From: Lenisia limosa
Lineage: Eukaryota; Protista; Breviatea
Direction: 5' to 3'
NCBI GenBank assembly: GCA_001655205.1
Contig: LPNZ01007335.1
Location: 1 to 64,000 of the forward strand
DNA length: 64,000 bases
Of this stretch, positions 1-14,400 are shown piece after piece (position 1 is the first letter of the stretch; each line of letters begins with the position of its first letter). A model generated the notes under the pieces. It was not told the origin of the DNA, did no database searches, and saw only the letters and a list, made by a program, of their open reading frames with translations. A program made the position numbers and the translations under genes.

Positions 1-128
1 CCCCTCCACTCTTCCACGAAAATCTAATTCATCATAACTATTAATTTACATATATATAATAAATTTAACGCTTTCTTTCAACATATAGAAAAATAATTCG
101 CTACATAAACCATAAACTCGATCTTGGT

Positions 129-1990
129 ATGAGTGACCTTTTCCAATCAGCCCTTCTTGCCCTTGAGGTAGGTAGCACCATTATGTAACAACATCTATAT
201 CAATTAGTTGTGCAATTTCATTCATTCTGTCACGCACACTAATTTTTCAAAGAGGGAGCACTATTCAGAGCTAAAAAAAAGCCAGCAAACGGTTGAATCC
301 CTTCAACATATTATTGCCTGCCATGAAGACTCAGTTTGCTTCTTTGGGATATTAAAGTGATTTGTGAGGGATTTGTACAGAAATATCACATTGTAACCTA
401 TTTAGATAAGACAGCTCCAAACAGCTCTTGCTGAAACCAAGGATAGGATGGTAAGTTTGCAGGATTGTTATCAAAATTTAATGTCCTTTCATTGACAATC
501 AGGCTTGCGTTGAGGCTGAAAGGGACAATGCTATTGCTAACGCATCCAAGTTAGCCAGCTTGAAAGACGTAAGAACCAAGTTTAAAATTGTTGTCATAAT
601 CGAGCTGATCCATATCCTGTTGCATTTGGTGATATCCCTAACTATTACAGACCATTGCCGATATTGTTGTCGGGTCTGCAGGAGGAATCCCATCAATGCA
701 TCCAAGGCCTCTTGACACTGTTTGCAATGCATTTGTCTTTCCTTTGTTTTGCATATTCCAGTTGATGATAGAACCATACCACCACACCCATTAAACTAAT
801 AAGCCTCTCAAAGCAAATCACAAATATATTTTTTCCATTTTCTGGAATCAGTCGACAAAACAAATTAATATCATATGCATATCTTATATTCTAAGTAAAA
901 GTGGTGTTTTTGAGAAGTTTTCAGGATACTACTCATGTAAAAACATCCTTTTTGTTGAGCAAACAGCAATGATTTTGACAATCACTGAATGAAAAATATA
1001 CACCGTTATTCCCATTTTGAAACTACAAATGATAATAATTGAAAGGGAGTTACTTAAATAATTAGAATCATCCTTATATGTTTAGCCATTATACACTCCT
1101 CAAAAGTCGGTATCATTTGCTCCCTCCCAAAGCCAGCCTCTTTCTCAGCACACAACACCCAAGAATTATCAACCCTTCTTAAACAATATCCCTCAAACCC
1201 AATTTTCAAACGTGCCATCTTCGCTTGAGGTATGCAAAATTGGCATTGTATTGCCTCCTATCTTCCTAAAATTTACTTCACAGCCTTTGAGTAGTAGTCA
1301 AGAAGTGAAAGACCATCAGCCTCTTACTCGAAGCCAAATATACCCGACACAAGAGTCCCAAATGGTTGGCCAATGATTTGTTCGTTTGTTTATGTCAATT
1401 CTTCCAATATTGTTGACTCTGTATTAGCCTGCAGTTAATGTTGCTCCTCAAAATAATCAAGAAAGTTCTGTTGATGTCTATCATCAAGGTATTTGGGAGA
1501 ATCATTGAAGGTTAATTCTGGGCGAAGTATACTGCATGAATACATTATTTAATAGCATGAATCAAAATTGCAGATTGTTCCATCGTATTTTTATTATTTT
1601 ACATTCCAGTGAGGGCTTCTCTCTCGGATGATTCCTATTCGAAATTCACCAGCATCGTTAAGTAAGAGAATAGGGTTATCTAGGTAATACAATTTAATAT
1701 ACTATACTGATAATAACAAAATGTTATTTTTGCATTTTGCCATTCTGTTTACATCCTCAATTTCCTTCGTGTAACTCCTCGCCACCTTATTCTATAGAGA
1801 CGTAAATTCCAATCAGCTATCTCTTGAATCTGCACTGGAGAGGGTGGCAAACATTTTGCCGCCCCGACTGTTTGAAAAGGTCAAAGCCCTTTGGGTTCAG
1901 TAGATTTATAGGAATGTTATTTTATATTTGTATACCATTTATGCCTATGCTGGGGAGGCATGCAGAAAGCTGTGCGCACAGAGTTGTAAG
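129..1990 (+). CDS. Multi-exon hypothetical protein: N-terminal coiled coil, S/P/Q-rich middle, C-terminal PAH-like helical domain (resembles the plant At4g15545-like family)
   Basis: Manual splicing gives MSDLFQSALLALE|REHYSELKKSQQTVESLQHIIACHEDS|IRQLQTALAETKDRM|ACVEAERDNAIANASKLASLKD|TIADIV, then low-complexity exons (1086-1490), then VRASLSDDSYSKFTSIVK|DVNSNQLSLESALERVANILPPRLFEK. The exon link across 720-1085 and the exact stop are not resolved, so this could be two genes. Confidence 0.5.
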
Positions 1991-2215
1991 GCAAATGATT
2001 GGGTGAATTAATATTATACTTATAAGCGTGATGGACGGCTTCGGCCAGATACATCTTTATTTTTTTTATTTCTCATTGCTATATATGAAGACCAAAGAAT
2101 TACGATTCTGTAATATACATTATTCTGGATTCCACACGAAAAAAATAAAAGAAAAAAAAAACAGTTTGAAGGGATGACAATTCCCGCCAAAATAAGAAAC
2201 AACAACCACAATCAC

Positions 2216-3439
<1,224 letters not shown>

Positions 3440-3600
3440 ATTTGTTTGTAGCGATTGTTATATAAGTAATATTAAAATATAAATTAATAGTATGTGGCTT
3501 CAAAAACAAGAACTTGTTATTCATTGATAGTTTTCGAAACTTGTCGAAAATACTTAAAGGGTTCAAAAACTGCTTTTTGAACCTTTAAAACTATCATACA

Positions 3601-6600
3601 ATGACAGCTTACTTAGAACCCTTCAAGGTTGATATCGCAACCCAGGTGGCTGCCTTTGCTTCTCTTTCTGTTGAACAGGTTAAGTCTGCTATGGAGGTAT
3701 GAACTGCTCTGTTCAGGGGAATATTTACTAATTGATAATATATAGGCTCCTCGTGACCCCAAGCTTGGTGACTTTGCTGTTAACGTTGCTCGCTTTCAAA
3801 AGATGGTTAAACTCTCTGGAAAGCCCGTTGTTCTGGCCAAGGAGTGGGCCGAAAAGGTGGGAAGAAAATAGCACAATTCATTTTTTGGCTTGTGTCACTC
3901 TCATTCTCCTGGAGGTTCTAAGGGCCCTCTGATTAAGCTATTATTAGTGTGGCAGTTTACACCTCCTATATCTTCTTTTCACCTTGAGGAAGTGGCACCC
4001 TCGCACACCTCTTACTTGTTCTTCTTCCCTTCCCAATGCCCTCCTCCCCGAGTTGGTTTTAACTCGGGTCAGATCGAGAAAACCGAGTTTGTGTCATCGG
4101 CTTCTGCAGCTGGTCCCTTCATGAACTTCCGCATCAACGCCGAAAAGGCCGTACAGTGGGCCATGGGCCTTTTTTTTTTTTCTTTGTGGTTATTGTTTTT
4201 CATCTCTTTTGTTTTATTTGAAGGTCCTTTGTGTTCTTTCTTGAGCTGGTTGCACGTTTAGTTTGCTAACACAGTCAGACTCATCACAGATGCAGTCCGT
4301 GAACAAGGCGATAAGTTCGGCTGCACCAATGTCGGCGCTGGCAAGAAGGTGAGTAAACTGGCTTTACATTTTGACCTTTTTCTTATGGCTGATTTCTAAC
4401 TGCCAAGGTTGTTGTTGAGTTTTCTTCTCCCAACATTGCCAAGCCTTTCCATGCTGGTCATCTCCGTTCCACCATCATCGGTAACTTCATTGCGGTCCTT
4501 CACCGCAAGCTAGGCTATGACGTTACTACGTAAGTCACTTGAATTCTGCTATCTCTTCAACTGAAATTTATACCTTTTCTCATTCTCTCCTTAGCATCAA
4601 CTATCTTGGCGATTGGGGAAAGCAGTACGGTCTTCTTGCCCTTGGTTTCAAGCAGTTTGTGGGTTTCTTCTCTGATTTTCAACCAAAAACAAAGCGGATG
4701 ATGTAACCAAGCCCACTTCAGGTTCGGTGACCGCGAGGAGCTCAAGAAGTCCCCCATCCTTCACCTCTACCATGTTTACGTTGAGATCAACAAACTTGCT
4801 GCCGACAACCCATCGATTCACGACGAGGCCCGTGCCTACTTCAAGCTCATGGAGGAAGGGTAAGGATCTGATAAGTTATTGACAGCGCTAACAGATTACA
4901 GTTGAATTGACTTTATAGTGACGAGGAAGCTCTTTCTCTCTGGCGTGAGTTCCGTGAGCTCTCCATCGAGGAGTACAAGAAGATCTACCACCGTCTCAAC
5001 GTTGAAGTGAGTTCTCTTCGATATTGTTGAATATTTTATCAGGAAATAACATGTTACAGTTTGACGTTTACTCTGGCGAGTCGATGATGAACGAAGGCAT
5101 GCTCCGTGCCGTTGACGAGCTTACCAAGCAGGACCTCCTTGTCGAGGATAACGGCGCTATGGTAGGCGTGCCTTTGTGAGGGTTTCTTTAGTACCAAAAA
5201 AACAAATATCTCTCTTTTTTTTTGTTTTTGATTTATCGGTTTTTTACAACCTGATTGGAACACTAGTTATTGTCCTTAACCCTTTAGATTGTCGACCTCA
5301 AGGCTGACAAGGCCGGTGTTGCCCTCATCAAGAAGACTGACGGTGCTACTCTTTACATTACCAGAGATATTGCCGCAGCCACTGAGAGACATGAGAAGTA
5401 CAACTTCGACAAGGTTGGTTGGATACCGGTAGACTTCGCTGTTGATGGCTTGAAAGTTTTCATGACTCTTCAGATGTTCTACATTGTTGGTGCCCAACAG
5501 GACTACCATTTCAAGCAGCTCTTCTCTCTGCTCAAGGTTTGTGATGATTAGCTCCACCTATCAACGCAATTTTGAATGATCCTATTTTCTGACATATCTC
5601 CAGAAAATGAAATGCGATTGGTCTACCAAGTGCCAACATGTCAACTTTGGTATGGTCCGTGGAATGTCCACCCGTAAGGGTACTGTGGTCTTCCTCAATG
5701 ACATCCTTGAAGAGGCTAAGAACACCATGTATGAGAAGGTAAGCGTTGGTTATTTTTTCAACTTTTGGGCGTTTTGTTTAATCCTTGAAGATGAAGGAGA
5801 ACCAGGAGAAGTTTGACTCAATGGAAGATCCCGAGGGTGTTTCTGACATTGTTGGTGTCTCCGCTGTGATTATCCAGGACATGCAAGCCAAGGTGAGAGC
5901 AGTTGTTGTTGGCTTTTTGGGGTTGTTTTTGTCCTTTGTATGTAATTTCACAGTATGTTTGCGTTATTCTACAGGGTTACAATTACCTACCCGTTATGGA
6001 CGTCACTTACGCTGTAGCGTGTCAAGGATTATGACTTTAACTGGGACCGTATGACTGCCACAGACGGCTACACTGGTCCTTACCTTCAGGTGAGTAAAAC
6101 CAGCCTCAGTTTACTTTGCTGGATTTGACACTCACCTCATCAGTACGCCCACGCTCGTCTCTGCTCAATTGAGCGCAAATCAGGTATCTCAATGGAAGGT
6201 GAATTCGACTCATCTCTCGTTGCCAGCCACCCTGAAGTCCAAGCCCTTGCCCTTGAGATCGCCAAATACGCTGACGTTAGCCTTCCTCCTTTTCCTGTCT
6301 TCCCCTGCAACTCTTGTTGTTTGACCTCTCGTAGACTCTTGAAAGTGCCTCAAAGTCCTGCGAACCTTCTCACCTTCTCACCTACCTGTTCAACCTTGCC
6401 CATCTCATCACTTCTGGTTAGTTGGTTGACCAATGCTTTTCTGTTTCTTTGCTCCCCCCCCCCCCCNNNNNNNNNNNNNNNNNNNNNNNNNNNNNNNNNN
6501 NNNNNNNNNNNNNNNNNNNNNNNNNNNNNNNNNNNNNNNNNNNNNNNNNNNNCCTGCTGTTGCCAAAGCTCGTCTTATCTTCCTTTCTTCAGCCCGTGTC

Positions 6601-6715
6601 GTATGATGGGTTACATTGTGCCACATTTGGTCAAATCTCTTTTCAGCTCTTCACCTTTCAGGTTCTTGCTGATGGTATGAAGATCCTTGGTCTGCGCCCT
6701 CTCCAGAGCATGTAA
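3601..6715 (+). CDS. RARS: Arginyl-tRNA synthetase (fungal/RARS2-like type, no animal N-terminal extension)
   Basis: [26 protein letters not shown] (HIGH motif), [49 protein letters not shown]-terminal [13 protein letters not shown]. An assembly gap lies at ~6467-6552. Confidence 0.96.
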
Positions 6716-7025
6716 TTCTTCTTGTTTGGTCGAGGAGACTGCGCTCAATAGATGGTATATTTCAACAAGAGGAAGGACCATTCAAATGTGGATACGTATG
6801 GTGTCATTTGAAAACCATCAACAAAAACTGGGTAGCTTGCAAGTCCCTTGGGGTCTCTGGATTGAAATGGTTGAGAGATACACTGCAAAGCTCTCAAGCG
6901 TACATTTTATCAAGTCAAGACTATTCCAGAATTCCTCAATTCAATTCAACTCCCCGGCCGCGTACCTCATTTTTCACAAAAAAACAATTCAAAAAAAGAA
7001 CGTTTTTGTGATTGTTTTGTTAAGC

Positions 7026-8386
<1,361 letters not shown>

Positions 8387-8476
8387 ACGCCCTGTATTCA
8401 TTTTTCATCCTTTTCTTCAAGCGGGGACTTCTCATGGACCATGGAAAATACATTAATAAAAAGCTAGATGAAACAA

Positions 8477-11400
8477 CTACAATAATGAGGGGACGTCTTC
8501 AGCCACCTCGGCCGGCGGCTCAGGTCGAAGACTTGGGTTCCGAACGAGGGTCATCGCTTTTAGCCACCTGCAAGGTTCAAATTGGTGCTCTGGGTAGCAT
8601 CATTTCCAAATTACACTTACTAATAGTATATAGAAACTACTACTGTGTGTACATAAAAACAGTCTTATTCAAATGAGTATTAGTGGGGACCAACCTATTA
8701 CGGACAAGCCTTGCACGGGGGTTCGCCTTTCGGTGCCCACCCGGTCGTCGATGCTCTGTGTGTGTCAGCGAAGACGGAAATCAAGCAAAGTGCAAGCGTT
8801 GACCTGTTGACCCTCAAACCAGACACCAGTAATCCAATAAACACCCGCATGATCGGGTTATGGTATCGGTGATGCATGACACACAAGGCTCCAACTATAT
8901 CGTAAGAAAGACTGTCACAAAGACTAACAGGAAGAGAAAGTACTTCTGTTCAATTTCGGGTCATCCACACGAGCATATGCTCTTGCTACCTATACGAAGT
9001 GAAAACAACAGGTCACCGGGCACCTACGTTAAAAACGTATTTAATGAAGTGCCAGATAGCCTCAATGAAGCCTGCGAAGACGTATGAAAAGGACGCCATG
9101 AAGTCGTAAATGCCGAAGAGCCGACGACTGCACCGTCAAAAACTCTTCAAGGGCTGAAACTCACTAAATGATACTCTGTCGGTTGTCAGTAAGGATGTAG
9201 CGTCCACCGTTAACTATTATGAAACGTGCCCATGCACGGAAGGAGCCTGGTGTATGTGGTCAATTCAACAGTCATTCTCCTACCCAGCGTAATTGAAATG
9301 ACCAAAAGGGAAAGGAGCCACTCTTCGGCTACATCCCCCCAAAACATCAACATTCCAAATAAGGCAAGCATCAGAAAGAGGAAGAAGAACGTAATCATAA
9401 AATGAGCCGCCTTGACTGTAAGAGTCTCAAGAATATTCCATACCTGGAGGCCCGGGAAAGTCGTTACCGCCCAAGGTTGACAAATAGATCTGTCAATGGC
9501 GAATTCACCTCTTCTGAGCATGAGTACCTGAGTGTTATTCGGCACCGGAAATGTCATGCTTACATGTTCCTTAAAATTGGAGAATATAGACTTCCAAAGC
9601 CAGAGCAGATAGAGTGTTGCCAAGACGAAAGCGAATAGACATGCTTTGATCACATCGATTTCAAAATCATCAACAAATTTGGAAATCTGTCAGAGTAAAA
9701 ACACTACAAAGTGTCCAGTGGAATCCCTTGTAGCAGGGCCTACATCTTGCTGATAGGTGACGATCACAGCTGTTAACGCAGGTGACGGTTTGCCCCACCC
9801 CAAAAGCAAGCCTGAAAGTCAAAATGCTGCAAAGGAAAGTGTGTTGGACTAAACTAGATACTTGGGTATTACACACAAAAGCCCCTTGTACTTGGTAACG
9901 TGAGAGATATTTGTCCGAAAACCGCCAAAGCTGAAGGAGAAGAAGGGTCTTTGACAGAGTCAATATAGAACCTGACTTGCTGGCTAAACTCCGGGTCATC
10001 TGGACGTCAGGTGATTGCATTCGTAGACTAATAAATACTCTTATGATATACTAATAGCATATCCTTGAAAGAAGTGAAACCCTATTTGTGAACAACGACA
10101 TTTTTAGTCCACTATCTAAGTCATACCTGAGGTTTCAACAACGGCTAAAAGGGATTTGGCGGCAATTGAAGTCTCCCGCACAACCTAAAGCATAACAAAA
10201 GACTTGCGGGCAATACCTGTCGGATTTGCTGAACACCAAACTGGAACCACAGAATTCCAGCGTACATGCACGCTGCAACCATGACCATTAACTAGAGAGT
10301 AAAAGGGAAGTGAATCGATTCTCAGCATACCAGGACCCAAAGTGATAGTGCAAGCCAGAGCCTCAAGGGGAAACGGAAAGGCTTCATGAAGGCCTGAGGA
10401 TCACAATATGATTGGAATTATGAAGTAATTAGTAGCACCTGACAAAGCTGCTCATACTATCACCAAACAGTTACGTTACTACACCCACCCTATTCTGAGA
10501 GAGTGGTCCAGGGGTGTACTTTTTCTTGTACTTCATCTTCTGGTGATGTGTCATTCGGTGCCATCCTTGCACTACTGGGTTCTTCCGTCGAAAAGCGGAC
10601 TAATGAGGTGACCAACTATTGCCAATGGCAGTATCAGATGCAGTGTAGTGGCTCACTGTTTTATCCTCATCCTTGAGCCTGAAAGCTTCCTCATCTTCCG
10701 CTATTGTACTTCGATAAAATCCAAAAAATCGACCAATGGAACTACAGAAATGAGTTTTTTAATAAAAGATTGTTTGTTCCCACCTTTTCACAGAGTGTTT
10801 GATTTGATGAGGTTTATAAGAGATGTGCTGTTGGTGTGAGAAGCAGAGGAAATTACTCACCTTTCTGTCAAGGAGTTTCTTGACAAGGTTAATATCCATT
10901 TGTGACACTAAGGTTAGGGGGTATTCACCTTTCCTAGTCTTTATCTTTTCGGTGAGTTCAAAGAACCGAATAAATAAGAAGCTCACAATTTGCTTGAAAA
11001 GAGACCAGATAAAGCTGGAGCAAATGAAGATAGTGAGGCATCTCAGGGCCATGTTATAAGCGTAAAGTGGGCGGTCGTATTTACCTTCTATCGATGGCGT
11101 TTCAATACTAAGGGATAACGACCATACTGACCAACGTTATGAAGATAGCAACCGTATAGGCGACCATGAAGGCAGCTCCGACGGGAAGAAGCCACGTGCG
11201 AACGCTACACTCCTCTTAGAATTGAAAAATAACAAAGTGCTTGTATATCATATGATATCATAAACAAGGCGTGAAACGACCAAAAGACACCCTTACCTCA
11301 CCTGATAACGTTACTAAGTACAAGGGGGATGATTGGTAAAATCACAATGTAGAGCAGCATGTCAAAAGAGGCTGAAACGTAATTTTTTTTGAAAAGGTAT

Positions 11401-14400
11401 GATGAACGACGGCTGAAAAATCAATAAAAGAGACAAATTTATGTTATGATGTTCTTCATGCTGCTTTTTATACCACCACCCTCACTGAAAACGGTTATGT
11501 CGGAGTTGAGAGAATTGATAAAGCAAAACTCATGAGACGGTTCAGATGCGACACCTCCGACCTGACATGTCAGTTTTCGTTCTGTTAGGCCTCCACTTAC
11601 ATAGAATATCAGACGGTAGGTCCCTGAAAGTCCGCTAATAAACCTAGACAAGTTAGCTGGTGGAAACTGCCGAAGCAGCATAGTGAGCCCCTTACAAGAG
11701 CAGCATAGCCCCTTACGAGAACAGCATAGCCCCTTACGAGAGCAGCATAGCCCCTTACAAGAGCAGCATAGCCCCTTACGAGAACAGCATAGCCCCTTAC
11801 GAGANNNNNNNNNNNNNNNNNNNNNNNNNNNNNNNNNNNNNNNNNNNNNNNNNNNNNNNNNNNNNNNNNNNNNNNNNNNNNNNNNNNNNNNNNNNNNNNN
11901 NNNNNNNNNNNNNNNNNNNNNNNNNNNNNNNNNNNNNNNNNNNNNNNNNNNNNNGCAGCATAGTGAGCCCCTTACGAGAAGTTGTCAAACTGAAATGAGC
12001 CGTTTGCGTTTGTCGTTCCATTTGTGAAAGTGAACCGAGCAGAGTGAGTCTGTGTCCACTCTTCGCCATCCTGCATGGACCATAATGAAAGACCGGTATA
12101 AGGATGATACTATCATGAATTATTTGGGAAATTCAGTCGTGAATTAGATTTCAAATTCACTGTTATAGAAGTGAACCAACTGCACCTTCTTTTCGGCCAC
12201 AACCCTGATGACTTTGAAACCGCTTGGACTGAGTCCTGCTGGATATTCCGTCCATCCGTCTATCAAGTGAATAGCATGTCAAGTGGTGTCTAATGAAAGC
12301 CACATGTAGTATGACACAATAATTCTCTCAAATATGTTGTGACAGGTGTATCAAGCCAGCACACCAGGCAGGTAAGGGATTGCCTTGATCAAAGGCTGTT
12401 CTATTGAACTCTCGTCATTTCCTGAAGTCAAGCGGTGCTAATATGTTACTCAACCGAACAGAGAGGACCAACACAAAGCTGGCTGGAACCTCCAGCAATG
12501 ATAGCGTCGGAGACCGAAGAGGTCAGTCCAATTGGTTGTGTTTCTATTTCGACTCTGCAAGTTGTTAGGCTTTCAGACTACCCACCTTAATACAGTGTTC
12601 ACAATTCGAATTGAAGAAGAGACAGCTTCAGTCCAGCTGGTCGATCTCATGGCCAACCCGTATTTATCATCTGCCATGTTAAAATTCCTGATGCAGACGT
12701 AGTATATCATATACTATATGTTATATCCTATTTCATATCATATACTCTTCACAATTACAATGCTATATTATATCATGTTAGCAAAAACTATGAGCAGATT
12801 GATGACATGCCCCTTTGCCAACCCATATCCTGTGTAGCAGCCTGGGGGCGGAAGACAAGTCGATACATTCCGGTTTCAGCTGCGAGTATACTGGGGAGAA
12901 AGAGTACCTGAGGTAGTGTAAACCGCAACCAGAGACCAAAGTCAAACCCCAAATGAAGAAGGCAGCCACATCGTACCTCTCCAAGGTGGTTAGAAACAGC
13001 GTAATCAGGGTCAATCACAGCGTTTTTACCAACTACAAAAGAAATAAGAAACTTCACAAGCACTTTTAAGAGTTCCTTTTTGTCCCACTCCCCTCTCACG
13101 AGTTTCGAATTCCAAACAAAATGAGCGGCAACTTAAATAAATCTCATCTGGAAGAACATCCAGTGAAATGACCCCATCAGCCACTGAATATGAGTCCAAG
13201 CATGAGAAGTTACCCACGGTTATCGGAAACGTATGGCAATGCAAAGCCCATTGTCCGAGCGGCCGACTGAATGCAGTTGACACAGTCCTTTGGTGGTGAA
13301 GACAGAGAGGGGAATGCTGCTTGATAGATTCAAAAAAGACCTACTTGACTGAAACGTTGGGCTGGTTCGATTGCCACATCCAAGTCGGCGTTGCTAACCC
13401 TGTTGCCTCCCTGAAGAGGTGAGGGTAAGAAGTGCACTCACTGCAGTGTACACAAGGAGATGGAAGGGAGGCCGATCGTATCCAACTGCATGCCCTCTCT
13501 GAGCGGCTGCTGAGCGGATGTTCACAAATCGGGCTGGAGTGTCACATTCGGATTGAGTGCGGCAAGAAGACTGACCCCCTTACAATCTGTTATGAGTCTG
13601 AGATACGAAGGTTGATTGGACACTGTGAGCGACCAACTCAGGTCGAGGCGCGATGACGGCATGTCGGCCAATTGGTAGGTGATAAGCGACTAAGGAGTCA
13701 ACGAGAGGCAGTGCTAACCTGGCCTGGGATAGCGGAGTTTACTGTTATTTCAGTGAAATCTGCTTGCTCCGTCTCGGGATCAACGGTTGCAATATTACCA
13801 CTCAGTGCATCTGAAAATGTGAAAAGGCCGTCCCTATGTCAGGAAAGCTCACCATTGGTTTGACCCCTAATAACTGCCTCAATCCTAACACGACACTCTG
13901 TATGCTTTCCAGAACATGGTGCTGCAATATGAGTTGTTGTAGAGAAATGGGAACTTCAAATATCATTGAAGTTGCCCCCCCCCACGGTAGTATGCGCCTT
14001 GGAGATGTACCAAGGGCTGTGAGGCTAACGGGAAACCTGTGGAAGCAATACTAAACAGTGATAACACCAATTACCACATACCTTGCAGAACTCTCAATAA
14101 CAGAAATCTGAAGGTCCCAGACCGGACGAAACAACGTTTCCTTTATTGTCACAACAAATTATTATCATGTGTGCTTGGTAAGAGAATATATCTAAATAGT
14201 ATTACATGAATGAATCATAATATCATCACGATTTGCTTAGAGTATGTTTTAGAGTGGAAATTTGCTGACCTGAACTTTGACACATGCATCCATGTTGCCC
14301 AGAGGACATAGAATCAGCGAATACTACAGAATCAGGACAAGAAACAACGCAACGGTCCTACGTTAATATCAGTGTTGCCGGCCATGAGATAGAGAGTAGA

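Noticed and set aside
8696-8790. GC-rich, stem-forming stretch as an snRNA, SRP RNA or 5S RNA
   Set aside because: It is explained as a coding exon of the STRA6-like gene (HRRPGGHRKANPRARLVRNR), and I see no Sm site or Pol III boxes.
11676-11975. 21-nt repeat array as a CRISPR or as a coding repeat (ORF 11683-12027, EQHSPLR repeats)
   Set aside because: The units are head-to-tail with no unique spacers, there are no cas genes, the genome is eukaryotic, and the array lies inside a minus-strand GT-AG intron.
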